Below, in pieces: positions 37,999 through 47,125 of a stretch of DNA of 64,000 nucleotides. Made by a program: the position numbers and the translations under genes. Location of the stretch: positions 3,994-67,993 of the forward strand of contig CAIOIC010000033.1 of NCBI GenBank assembly GCA_903858275.1, given 5' to 3'. The stretch is from an uncultured Verrucomicrobia subdivision 3 bacterium (GTDB taxonomy: Bacteria > Verrucomicrobiota > Verrucomicrobiia > Limisphaerales > UBA11358). The notes below the pieces were generated by a model, which was not told where the DNA came from, did no database searches, and saw nothing but the letters and a program-made list of their open reading frames with translations. The first letter of the stretch is position 1. The number at the start of each line of letters is the position of its first letter.

Positions 37999-38905
37999 TA
38001 TAGCATTTCATATTGACATTGGGACATAGGCTGCTAAAGTAGGCGGCATGAAAGCCCATGCGTTGGACTTGCGGGAACGGATCGTGAAATTCATCCAGAG
38101 CGGCGGTTCCAAGGCTGAAGCCGCCCGGCGGTTTGACCTCGCCCGGAGTTCGGTTTACCGGTATCTGGCGGCCGCCAAAAAAGGAGCGCTACCGCCAAAA
38201 ACCAGCTGGGGAACTTGGCGCAAACTCGATCCCGAGAAACTCCGCGCCCATGTCAAGAAACACCCGGATGCCACCCTCAAGGAAATCCAACAGGTGTTCG
38301 GCGTCAGCCATCACGCCGTTTGGGTGCGGCTGGGGCAACTGGGCTTCACGCTAAAAAAAACTCATAAAATATCGCGAGCGCAACGAGGTGCAGCGGTGGC
38401 TCTTCCGCCGCGAGCTGGAACAACTCGCCGGCCGGCCCGTCTTCTATCTCGACGAATGCGGCGTGGATCACCGCCTGTATCGTGAATTTGGTCGCGCGCC
38501 TAAAGGGGAGCGGATATACGAGGCGGTAGCGGGCAAGCGGCGGGAGCGCACCAGCATTATCTCGGCTTCGCAGCAGGGCAAGCTGATCGCGCCGCTGGTC
38601 TTTCAAGGCAGTTGCAACACCGAGGTGGTGGACGCCTATTTTGAACAGGTGTTGCTGCCCGAACTGCCGCCCGGCAGTGTGATCGTGTTGGACAACGCCC
38701 GGTTCCACCAGTCGCCCACAACCCAGCGGCTGGTCCAAGCCGCCGGTTGCCAGATGTTCTTCTTACCAGCCTATTCCCCCGACCTCAACCCCATCGAGCA
38801 TCTCTGGGCTGCGTTCAAGACCCGACTTCGTAAAGACCTGGCCAGCTCCAGCAACCCCTTCCTTTTTATCGCCAATATGTCCCAATGTTATTGTTAATTA
38901 CTATA
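37999..38905 (+). mobile_element. IS630/Tc1-mariner family insertion sequence (ISY100-like size)
   Basis: Imperfect ~31-bp terminal inverted repeats: left TATAGCATTTCATATTGACATTGGGACATA, reverse complement of right TATAGTAATTAACAATAACATTGGGACATA. TA is present at both junctions (boundaries +/-3 bp). It encodes an HTH plus DD34E transposase. Confidence 0.85.
38048..38897 (+). CDS. IS630-family transposase in two frames joined at an A8 run (38353-38360)
   Basis: Frame 1 is 38048..~38360 (HTH; '...LGFTLKK'). Frame 2 is open from 38355 ('LIKYRERNEVQRWLF...YLDECG...VLDNARFH...SPDLNPIE'; 34 residues lie between the second D and E). Fusion needs a +1 shift or loss of one A, so this is either programmed slippage or an inactivating frameshift. 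Confidence 0.8.
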
Positions 38906-39061
38906 GAGGTTTTGAGGGAGAATGCTGAAACGCTGAGACTTGAGACCTGAAAAAAGCATGGAGCGAGGAGCCAAGGAAAGAGGGCGGTAGGCAGTTGGCA
39001 AAGGTCAGGCCTCGCGGCCTTCAACATCTAGTTGGCAGTAGGCGGTGGACATGACGCGGCG

Positions 39062-42000
39062 CTAGCTTCCCGCGAGCGCAGGCACGAGTTGAGGCTGGTC
39101 GTCCGCCTTGTGGAATTTCACGCTGACGATCTTGCTCACGCCATGCTCCTGCATCGTCACGCCGTAGAGCACATCGGCCATGCCGATGGTGCGCTTGTTG
39201 TGCGTGATGATGACGAATTGCGAATGCGCGAGGAAGCGCTGCAAAATCTTCACGAAGCGGCTCACATTGGCTTCGTCCAGCGGCGCGTCCAATTCGTCCA
39301 GCACGCAGAACGGGCTGGGCTTGACCTGATAGATGGAGAACAGCAGCGAGACGGCAACCATCGTCTGCTCCCCGCCGGACAGCAGCGAGATGCTCTGCAA
39401 CTGCTTGCCGGGCGGGCGGGCGACGATCTCAATGCCGCTTTCCAGCACGTCGTTTTCATCGGACAAAATCAAGTCCGCCTTGCCGCCACCAAACACGTCC
39501 ACAAACATGAGACGGAAATTGTCGCGGATCTTCTCGAACGTCTCGATGAACATCTGGCGCGTCTGCGTGTTGATGCGGTTGATGATCTCCAGCAACTGAA
39601 TCTTGGCATTCACCAAATCATCGTGCTGCGTGGAAAGGAACTGGTGGCGCTGCTCGGTCTCCTCGTATTCCTCGATGGCCACCAGATTGACCGGCCCCAT
39701 CTCGTCAATCTTCTGCTGCAAAACTTCCACCTGCTGCTGCACCGCATTCCAATCGGTGGCGGCCCCCGCCTCGGCCATTTGCTCCGGCGTCAAGGTCTCC
39801 ACCTTCGGCTGGCCTTCGTCGGCATGGGTGATGGTGATGCATTCGCTGCGGATGTCCTCGAGGTTGAGGTGATATTTCTGCTGCACCTTCTCGCGCAGGT
39901 TCTGGACGCTCATGTTCTTCTGCGCCAGCTCCACGTCAAGCGCGCCGCGCTGAGCCTGCATTTCCGTCAGGCGGCTGCGCTGGGAACGCAAGGCCTCGTC
40001 GCGACCGGAAATCTCCCCTTCCTGCGCATTCTTCAGAGCGATGGTCTCGGCCGTCTGCGCGCTGACCTGCTCGCGCTCGTGCTGCAGCTTTTCAATCTTC
40101 GCCTGCGAATCCTGAATCTCGGTTTCCGCCTGCTCCTTGCGGGAGACAAAGGAGGAACATTCATTGCGGCGCGCCTCAACCAACTGGCTCAATTCGCCCA
40201 ACCGCAAGCCGAGCGTCGTTTTCTGCTGGCGGAACGATGATGCCAACTGTTCATCCGATGCGAGCGCCACCTTGCTCTCGGACAAGGCCGCCAGCGCGGC
40301 ATCGCGGGCGATGCGCAACTCTTCCAACTGCGCCGTCAGCGCCACGACCTGCTCCTGCGCGGTGCGTTCGCGGGCTTCGAGCTCATTCAAACGCACGGAG
40401 AGCGCCTCGCGCTTCTGCAGGCCTTCCTGCTCCTGCGCGGCGAGGCTTTCCACCTCGAACATGACGGTCTCCACCTTCTGATTGAGCAGGCGGCCGGAAT
40501 TGGTGAGCGCATTGAACTCGCCTTCGCGCGTGGCAATGGCGACTTCCTGCTGGCGCAATTCGGTCTGGGCCTGCTGCAGGCTGGCCTGCAACTCGGTCTG
40601 CTCGCTCAAGAGCGCGCCGCGCTTGCGGCTGGCTTCGGCGACGCGTTCCTGCAACTCGTTCAACTCCGCCTGCAATTCCGTGATTTGATTCTTGCGGCCG
40701 AGAATGGACGAGGGCGCCTTGCCGTTGTTGCCTTTGTTCAGATAACCGCCCGTGTAGATGCCATGGCGATTGAGCAGGTCGCCACCGAGCGTCACAAAGT
40801 CACAGCCAGCGTGACCGTTCTGGATCTGCGCCGTCGCGGTGTTCAAATCCGCCGCGATGAAGGTGCGACCCAGCAACGATTTCAGGAGCGGCTCCACATT
40901 CGGCTCGGCATGAATCACGCTCATCGCGTGAACGATCTGGCCGGTTTGCAAACCATGCTGCGCGGCTTCGCTCTTTTCGCCCGGAGCCATTTCGCCGGCA
41001 AAGGCGAGCTGCTTTTCATCCTGATATTGCTGGATGGCCAAGGCCGCAACACTCGCGCGACCGGACTTGTTCGTGTTCAATTCCGCAAGAATTTCCTGCG
41101 CGGAGGACGTCTGTTCCGTCAGCACGATCTGGAGATTGTGGCCCAGCGCATTTTCCACCGCGGTCACAAACTGGTCCGGAACGCGGATGCGATCCGCGAG
41201 CGAGCCAATGACCGAGCGAGATTGGCGCAGGGCCGCGACCGCGCCCGCGTCAAAGCCCTCGTGCGAGCCTTCGAGCTGTTCGAGGACGTGCAACCGAGAC
41301 CGCTTCTCGGCCTGCTGCTGCAAGAATTTATCCTGCTCCTGCGACGAGGCGTGCAGTTCGCCCTGCAACTCGCGGAGGCGGTTCTGCCGCTGCTCCACCG
41401 AGCCGCGCGTGGTGGCGACATTCAGCTTTTCGAGTTCCACGCTGGCGGTAAATTCCTGCAAGCGCGATTCGAGGCGGACGCGCTCCTCTTCGAGCTGAAC
41501 CTTCTCGGCGGAAAGTTTTTCCAAGCGAACCAGATTGCCCTGCTTGGCCAGGTCCAGCGCCGTGAGCTCATTGCGCACGCGGGATAGATCCTGGGCGGCG
41601 GCGAACGCCGTGGACTGTGCCTGCCGCAAGGTTTCCTGCTGCTGGCGCAGGCTTTCCTCCACTTCGCGGAGGGAATTCTGCCTGGCCTGCAAGGCTTCCT
41701 TGTGCTGCGTCAACGCGGCTTCGGCGGCCGCCAGCTTTTCCGTGACGATGGCGACTTCTTCCTGCGCGGCGCGATGGCGCTCCTCGGCCTGGGCAATTTC
41801 CTCGAGCGCCTTCAGGTTCTGCGACTCGATCTCGTGGACGCGCTCCTGATTGAAATGGATGCGGCTCTCGTGGCGCTCAGCTTCGCCTTTCAATTCCAGC
41901 CCGCGCTGCTGCTGCGCGGCGACTTCATGCTCCAGTTCCATGAGCCGTTCGCGCAGCCTGGAAATTTCATTTTCAAAGCGCAGGATGTCGTTCGAACCGG

Positions 42001-42787
42001 CTTCAATTTCGTTGCGAAGATTTTCCACCGCGGCCTGGCGCCCGGCAATCTCGCCCTGCAACACGTCAAATTGATGCCGCGCGAGCTGGGTTTCGAGATG
42101 CTGCAGTTCGTGCTGAATCTGTTTGTAGCGGCGGGCCTTGCCGGCCTGGCGCTGGAGCGAACCGATCTGGCGCTTCACTTCCTTGATGGTGTCGGCGATG
42201 CGCAAGAGATTCTGCTCGGTATATTCCAGCTTGCGGAGCGATTCTTTTTTCTGCGACTTGAATTTTGTGATGCCCGCCGCCTCCTCGAAAATCATCCGGC
42301 GATCTTCCGGCTTGCTGGAAAGAATCTGGGTGATGTGACCCTGCGCCAGAATGCTGTAGCTCGTCCGCCCGACGCCCGTGCCCATGAACAGCTGCTGGAT
42401 GTCCTTGAGCCGGCACGGCGTGCGGTTCAGGAAATATTCACTGCCGCCATCACGGAAAATCCGGCGCGTGAGCGTCACCTCATCGTAGCTGACCTCGACG
42501 CCCGCCGCCTTCAAGCTTTCCTCGCCGACACCGCCGAGCGTGAGCGAAACTTCGCCCATGCCCATCGGTTTACGGCCGTCGGTGCCGTTGAAGATCACAT
42601 CGGCCATTTCTCCGCCGCGCAAGGCCTTGGCGGACTGCTCGCCGAGCACCCAGCGGATGGCGTCCGAGACGTTGGATTTGCCGCAGCCGTTGGGACCGAC
42701 GATGGCGGTGACGCCGGGCTGGAAGTTCAAAGCGGTCTTATCCGCGAACGATTTAAAGCCAAAAACTGTTAAATTCTTGAGATACAT
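39062..42787 (-). CDS. smc: Chromosome segregation protein SMC
   Basis: ATG at 42787 (MYLKNLTVFGFKSFADKT...GPNGCGKSN Walker A). Long coiled-coil regions. C-terminal 'LSGGEQTMVAVSLLFS' signature and 'FCVLDELDAPLD' Walker B. Confidence 0.95.
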   Translation of the reverse strand: MYLKNLTVFGFKSFADKTALNFQPGVTAIVGPNGCGKSNVSDAIRWVLGEQSAKALRGGEMADVIFNGTDGRKPMGMGEVSLTLGGVGEESLKAAGVEVSYDEVTLTRRIFRDGGSEYFLNRTPCRLKDIQQLFMGTGVGRTSYSILAQGHITQILSSKPEDRRMIFEEAAGITKFKSQKKESLRKLEYTEQNLLRIADTIKEVKRQIGSLQRQAGKARRYKQIQHELQHLETQLARHQFDVLQGEIAGRQAAVENLRNEIEAGSNDILRFENEISRLRERLMELEHEVAAQQQRGLELKGEAERHESRIHFNQERVHEIESQNLKALEEIAQAEERHRAAQEEVAIVTEKLAAAEAALTQHKEALQARQNSLREVEESLRQQQETLRQAQSTAFAAAQDLSRVRNELTALDLAKQGNLVRLEKLSAEKVQLEEERVRLESRLQEFTASVELEKLNVATTRGSVEQRQNRLRELQGELHASSQEQDKFLQQQAEKRSRLHVLEQLEGSHEGFDAGAVAALRQSRSVIGSLADRIRVPDQFVTAVENALGHNLQIVLTEQTSSAQEILAELNTNKSGRASVAALAIQQYQDEKQLAFAGEMAPGEKSEAAQHGLQTGQIVHAMSVIHAEPNVEPLLKSLLGRTFIAADLNTATAQIQNGHAGCDFVTLGGDLLNRHGIYTGGYLNKGNNGKAPSSILGRKNQITELQAELNELQERVAEASRKRGALLSEQTELQASLQQAQTELRQQEVAIATREGEFNALTNSGRLLNQKVETVMFEVESLAAQEQEGLQKREALSVRLNELEARERTAQEQVVALTAQLEELRIARDAALAALSESKVALASDEQLASSFRQQKTTLGLRLGELSQLVEARRNECSSFVSRKEQAETEIQDSQAKIEKLQHEREQVSAQTAETIALKNAQEGEISGRDEALRSQRSRLTEMQAQRGALDVELAQKNMSVQNLREKVQQKYHLNLEDIRSECITITHADEGQPKVETLTPEQMAEAGAATDWNAVQQQVEVLQQKIDEMGPVNLVAIEEYEETEQRHQFLSTQHDDLVNAKIQLLEIINRINTQTRQMFIETFEKIRDNFRLMFVDVFGGGKADLILSDENDVLESGIEIVARPPGKQLQSISLLSGGEQTMVAVSLLFSIYQVKPSPFCVLDELDAPLDEANVSRFVKILQRFLAHSQFVIITHNKRTIGMADVLYGVTMQEHGVSKIVSVKFHKADDQPQLVPALAGS

Positions 42788-43139
42788 ATTGACTGCGTTT
42801 AGACAACCAAAGGTTCCGGTTCCTGTAAAGAGAAAACCACAATATGTTGTACACAAGCGCTAATGTGGCGCAACTAATTGTGAATAACTTAAGTTTGACT
42901 AGCGCAGAACCCAAGACTTTACCGTTAAAACCAATAGCCCCATCCAGCAGAAAAAGCAAACCGGTAGAATTAAATCTGAATTCCGAAATAGAAATTTAGT
43001 AGGGTGCAGAAGGTGACCATCCTCGGTCACAGCAAGGTGAGACGGGGAGTGCGTGATAATTTCCCGCAGGTGTCAATGCGGACGTGGCAGCGGCGGGGGC
43101 GGCTATCCGTTGGAGTTTCCGCCGACTTTGTAAATCGGT

Positions 43140-43961
43140 TTAAAAAAATGGATTGGATTCAACTTCTTCGGCCACGGTCGTCATCGGACCATGACCGGGA
43201 CAAATCAGTGTCTCCAGTGGCAGAGACAAAATCTCCTCCCGTACTTTTTGCCGAGCTACCTCCCATGATTGATTTCCGCGTCCGATGGATCCGGCAAAAA
43301 TCGCGTCGCCGACGAACGCCACCGCCGGCGCGGACTGCGGCCAATGGCTGACCAGATAAGTCACGCCATCAACCGCGTGACCCGGCGTCGCACGGTGCGA
43401 AATGCTCAACTCGCCGAGACGAACAATTTTGTCCGGAAGATTGCGCTGGTTTACCGGCACGTTTGGCGAACCGGAGTGCAATTGCGCATTTGGAAATGCG
43501 GCGCGGATGGCCGGCAGCGCCTCGACATGATCCCAGTGCGAGTGCGTGATAAAAATATGTTTCAACACCAACCCCCCGGCGGCGATGGTTTCGAGAATCG
43601 GCCGCGCATCCAGACCGGTGTCAAACAATGCCGCACCCCGCGTGGCTGAATCCCAGACCAAATAACAGTTCACGGCAAGCTCATCGCTTCTGGTCGTGAA
43701 CATCCGAAGCTCCCGCCAGCCGCTCAATTTTTTCGGCGAGGGAAGCCAGCCGCTGGCGAGGGCGGCAAGTTTTTGCGGATGCAGGCCGAGGATTTTACCA
43801 AGCTCCGGCAAATTAATTTTTTCGGGGATCGTGCCGGCGGCTTCGAGCGTGGCAAGTTCGCTTTCAGAAATTCCAGCTACCGCTGCGGCGGCAGCCGGTG
43901 AAACGCCGCTCATCGCGCGGGCTTTGCGGATGATGTCACCACAATGATCCTCGAGTTGCAC
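43140..43961 (-). CDS. MBL-fold metallo-hydrolase with N-terminal HTH-like domain
   Basis: GTG start. 'ITHSHWDH' is an HxHxDH motif. The N-terminal ~70 aa are XRE-HTH-like ('IRKARAMSGVSPAAAAAVAGISESELATLE'). Confidence 0.8.
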   Translation of the reverse strand: MQLEDHCGDIIRKARAMSGVSPAAAAAVAGISESELATLEAAGTIPEKINLPELGKILGLHPQKLAALASGWLPSPKKLSGWRELRMFTTRSDELAVNCYLVWDSATRGAALFDTGLDARPILETIAAGGLVLKHIFITHSHWDHVEALPAIRAAFPNAQLHSGSPNVPVNQRNLPDKIVRLGELSISHRATPGHAVDGVTYLVSHWPQSAPAVAFVGDAIFAGSIGRGNQSWEVARQKVREEILSLPLETLICPGHGPMTTVAEEVESNPFF

Positions 43962-44040
43962 AGCGGGACGTTAGCGAAATTTCCGGCGGGAGGGCAAGCA
44001 CGCGGCTTGAGGTGCAGCGCAAGCCTTGGTATAAAGCGCT

Positions 44041-44211
44041 GTGTTCTACCGCAAAAAAAACAAGCCGCGCGAACGATTCTACCTGTTTCCAGGACAAGGC
44101 GGCAGCAACTATCGCCTCAAGCAACAGCTGATTATGCGCTGGACGCTGGCGGCAGCGGTGCTGGGCGCGGCAGCGGTGGCCGCGATACTGTGGTGGCTGG
44201 GGCGCCCTTGA
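44041..44211 (+). CDS. Possible small membrane protein (56 aa), unannotated in the ORF track
   Basis: GTG-start ORF VFYRKKNKPRERFYLFPGQGGSNYRLKQQLIMRWTLAAAVLGAAAVAAILWWLGRP*. It has a basic N-terminus plus one TM-like helix. Support comes from sequence shape only. Confidence 0.25.
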   Translation: MFYRKKNKPRERFYLFPGQGGSNYRLKQQLIMRWTLAAAVLGAAAVAAILWWLGRP

Positions 44212-44262
44212 CAGGACGGCGCTTGACCGGACGGACACGGTTGTTACCATGCAAAAAATTCG

Positions 44263-45219
44263 ATGAAATATATCCGATTAATTCTCCTGCTGGCGGCGGC
44301 GATCTGGGTGCCGACCTTTTCCCGCGCTGAAGTGGCCGACGGCGTCAAGGCCGTGGTCAACGACCGCGCAATCACCTTTGCCGAGGTAGAAGAATACACC
44401 CGGCCCGCCATTGACGCCCTGCGCCGCCAATACGCCAGCCAGCCCGAAGTGTTCCAACAGAAACTCAATCAAGCCCTCAACGACAGCCTGGATCAACTCG
44501 TCGAACGCCAGATCATTTTGCATAGTTTCAACACCGAAGGTTATAAACTGCCCGAAAGCGTCATTGACGAACTCGTGCAGGAGCGCATCCGCGACCGTTT
44601 CGGCGACCGCGTCACCCTGATGAAAACCCTGCAGGCGCAAGGCATCACCTTCGAACAATTCCGCAAACAAATGCGCGAGCAATACATCGAGTCCGCCCTC
44701 CGCAACCAAAACGTCCAGCGGGAAATCAGCATTTCGCCCTTCAAGGTTGAATCCTTTTACCGCGCGAATCTCGACAAATTCAAACTCGAAGACCAGGTCA
44801 AGCTGCGCATGATCGTCCTGACCAAAGCCGACGCCAACGACACCAACACCCTCAAACTCGCCCGCGAAATCCAAGGCAAGATCAAGGATGGCGCCAAGTT
44901 CACCGAAATGGCCACCGTCTATTCGCAAGGCTCCCAGCAACATCAGGCCGGCGACTGGGGCTGGGTCGAGCGCACCGTGCTCCGCAAGGAACTCGCCGAA
45001 GCCGCCTTTGCGCTGCCGGTCGGCCAGGTCAGCGAGGTGATTGACATGCCGGACAGCTGCTACCTCGTGCTCGTCGAGGAGAAAAAACCCGCGCAAGTCA
45101 AGCCGCTCACCGATGTCCGTCCCGAAATCGAAAAAACTCTCCGCGTTCAACAGCAAGCCAAACTCCAGAAGCAATGGATTGACGGTCTTAAGAAAAAAAC
45201 CTTCATCCGTTACTTTTAA
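44263..45219 (+). CDS. SurA-like periplasmic peptidyl-prolyl isomerase (parvulin domain)
   Basis: Signal-like N-terminus, a SurA_N-like region, and a rotamase region 'FTEMATVYSQGSQQHQAGDWGWVERTVLRKELAEAAFALPVGQVSEVI'. Confidence 0.8.
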   Translation: MKYIRLILLLAAAIWVPTFSRAEVADGVKAVVNDRAITFAEVEEYTRPAIDALRRQYASQPEVFQQKLNQALNDSLDQLVERQIILHSFNTEGYKLPESVIDELVQERIRDRFGDRVTLMKTLQAQGITFEQFRKQMREQYIESALRNQNVQREISISPFKVESFYRANLDKFKLEDQVKLRMIVLTKADANDTNTLKLAREIQGKIKDGAKFTEMATVYSQGSQQHQAGDWGWVERTVLRKELAEAAFALPVGQVSEVIDMPDSCYLVLVEEKKPAQVKPLTDVRPEIEKTLRVQQQAKLQKQWIDGLKKKTFIRYF

Positions 45220-45238
45220 AACCCGTGTCGCGGACACG

Positions 45239-46234
45239 ATGAAAAACTGGATCGGAATTTCTCTCGGCGACGCCACCGGCATCGGAGCCGAAGTCGCCCT
45301 CAAGGCCATCGCGGCCGAGGCGAAAGTTGACGAGATAAAATATCTGCTCATCGGCGACGAACCATTTCTGCGCCGGTTGAATGATTCGCCGGGGCTGAAC
45401 CTGCCGCTAAATACTTTCTCCAGCTACGATGAGAGCGGAAGATTTTTCATCACCAATCCGCTGAGCGGAACCCTGCCGGAAAAACTACCCGCCGGCTCAC
45501 CCCTCGCCGCCAATGCCGCGGTGGCCGCCCTCCATGATGGCGGTCACCGCTGCCTACGCGGCGAACTGGATGCGCTCGTCACCGCGCCGGTGAACAAGGA
45601 ATCCATTGTACGCGCCGGACACAAATTTGTCGGCCAGACGGAATTTCTCTCCGACCTCGCCGGCACCCAGCGCACCGCGATGATGCTACTCGGCACCGAC
45701 GAACGCGGCCGCTGGCTGCGCGTCGCGCTGGCGACAGTTCACATTTCCATCAAGACCGTTCCGGAAAAACTCACCGCCAAAAAAATCACGCTCGCCATCG
45801 AACTTGCCGCGCAATCCTGCCGCGACCTCGGCTTATCCCGCGCCAAGGTGGCCGTCTGCGGCCTGAATCCGCACGCGGGCGAAGGGGGGGAATTTGGCGA
45901 TGAAGAAATCACCACCATCAGTCCGGCGGTCAAAGCGATGCAGCAACGTGGTTTCGATGTCGTCGGCCCGTTGAGCGGCGATACGGTTTTTCACTACGCG
46001 CTGAAAGGTGAGTTCGACGCCGTCGTGGCGATGTATCACGACCAGGGACTTGCACCGCTGAAGGCCGTGGCGTTCGACAGCGGCATCAACTGGACGCTAG
46101 GCCTGCCGTTCATCCGCACCTCGCCCGACCACGGCACGGCTTACGATATCGCGGGAAAAGGAATCGCAAACCCCGGCAGTATGATCGCGGCGATTCGCCT
46201 GGCGAAACAGCTGGCACGGAATAAAAAAGCGTAG
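45239..46234 (+). CDS. pdxA: 4-hydroxythreonine-4-phosphate dehydrogenase
   Basis: ATG at 45239 inside ORF 45041..46234. Motifs 'ISLGDATGIGAEV', 'NPHAGEGG', 'MYHDQGL' and 'IRTSPDHGTAYDIAGKG'. Confidence 0.9.
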   Translation: MKNWIGISLGDATGIGAEVALKAIAAEAKVDEIKYLLIGDEPFLRRLNDSPGLNLPLNTFSSYDESGRFFITNPLSGTLPEKLPAGSPLAANAAVAALHDGGHRCLRGELDALVTAPVNKESIVRAGHKFVGQTEFLSDLAGTQRTAMMLLGTDERGRWLRVALATVHISIKTVPEKLTAKKITLAIELAAQSCRDLGLSRAKVAVCGLNPHAGEGGEFGDEEITTISPAVKAMQQRGFDVVGPLSGDTVFHYALKGEFDAVVAMYHDQGLAPLKAVAFDSGINWTLGLPFIRTSPDHGTAYDIAGKGIANPGSMIAAIRLAKQLARNKKA

Positions 46235-46255
46235 CGTCGGCGCTAGGCACTGAGC

Positions 46256-46276
46256 CGTCGAGCCACAGGCTCGACG
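46256..46276. terminator. Perfect 9-bp stem hairpin between convergent pdxA and trpC
   Basis: CGTCGAGCC-aca-GGCTCGACG is seen directly. There is no U-tract on either side, so terminator function is uncertain. Confidence 0.4.
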
Positions 46277-46282
46277 CTACAA

Positions 46283-47125
46283 TCAACCGATCAACTCCCG
46301 CACTTTCGCGCCGATGTTGCCCTGTTTCACGAGCGATTCGCCGACGAGAATCGCACCCGCGCCGCACTTCTGAACCCTTTCCACATCGGCCCGCGTGTGG
46401 ATGCCACTCTCGGCCACAAGTAACGGCGAGGATGGAGAATGGAGGGCAGAGGATAGCGCGGACAGTTTTGCGATCTTCAATCCTCTTTCTTCGATCTTCG
46501 CAGCTAAAAACTCGGTTATGGCCAATTCCACCTTGAAAGTCTTCAGGTTGCGGTTGTTCACGCCGACGAGTGCCGGGGAAATTTTAAGCGCGCGTTCCAG
46601 TTCTTCCTCATCGTGGACTTCCACGAGCACGGCAAGACCGGCTTCGGTCGCAAGCGAATGAAATTTTGCCAGTTGCTCGTCGGTCAAAATGGCGACGATA
46701 AGCAGGATAGCATCCGCGCCCCATTCGATGGCCTCCAGGATCTGGCGCTCATCAATGATGAAATCCTTGCGCAGCAGCGGCAGTTTCACGGCGGCGCGAA
46801 TCTGGCGGAGATAATCGAGCGAGCCTTGGAAGAACTGCTTGTCGGTCAGGACGGAAAGGCAGCTAGCGCCCGCCGCTTCATATTCCCTGGCGATACGAAC
46901 CGGATCGAAGTCTTTGCAAATGACACCCATGGAGGGAGACGCCTTTTTCACCTCGGCAATCAAACCGATATTACCAACGCGAGGCTTTTTAAGCGCAGCG
47001 AGAAAATCGCGGCGTTCACCGCGCTCCAGCATCGCGTCACGCAAATCGCCGGCGGCGATGAGGCGCGCAGGCTGTTGCGCAACTTCGCGTTTCTTTTGTT
47101 CAACGATTTTGTCGAGAATGTTCAT
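46283..47125 (-). CDS. trpC: Indole-3-glycerol phosphate synthase
   Basis: Motifs 'IAEVKKASPSMG', 'LSVLTD', 'LRKDFI', 'VGVNNRNL' and 'VAESGI'. Carries an extra low-complexity segment before ESGI. Confidence 0.9.
   Translation of the reverse strand: MNILDKIVEQKKREVAQQPARLIAAGDLRDAMLERGERRDFLAALKKPRVGNIGLIAEVKKASPSMGVICKDFDPVRIAREYEAAGASCLSVLTDKQFFQGSLDYLRQIRAAVKLPLLRKDFIIDERQILEAIEWGADAILLIVAILTDEQLAKFHSLATEAGLAVLVEVHDEEELERALKISPALVGVNNRNLKTFKVELAITEFLAAKIEERGLKIAKLSALSSALHSPSSPLLVAESGIHTRADVERVQKCGAGAILVGESLVKQGNIGAKVRELIG

Noticed and set aside
39032-42772. Several long plus-strand ORFs (39032..40240, 40685..41587, 41702..42772)
   Set aside because: They are antisense to smc. Coiled-coil coding regions rich in GAG/CAG/CTG codons lack stops on the opposite strand.
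42857-43139. Possible structured RNA gene (SRP/6S-like) in the 280-nt gap between smc and the MBL gene
   Set aside because: Only a short GGTGACC/GGTCAC hairpin is present. None of the conserved SRP (GGAA/AGCA loop), RNase P or tmRNA motifs could be found by eye. A covariance-model scan would be needed for any claim.
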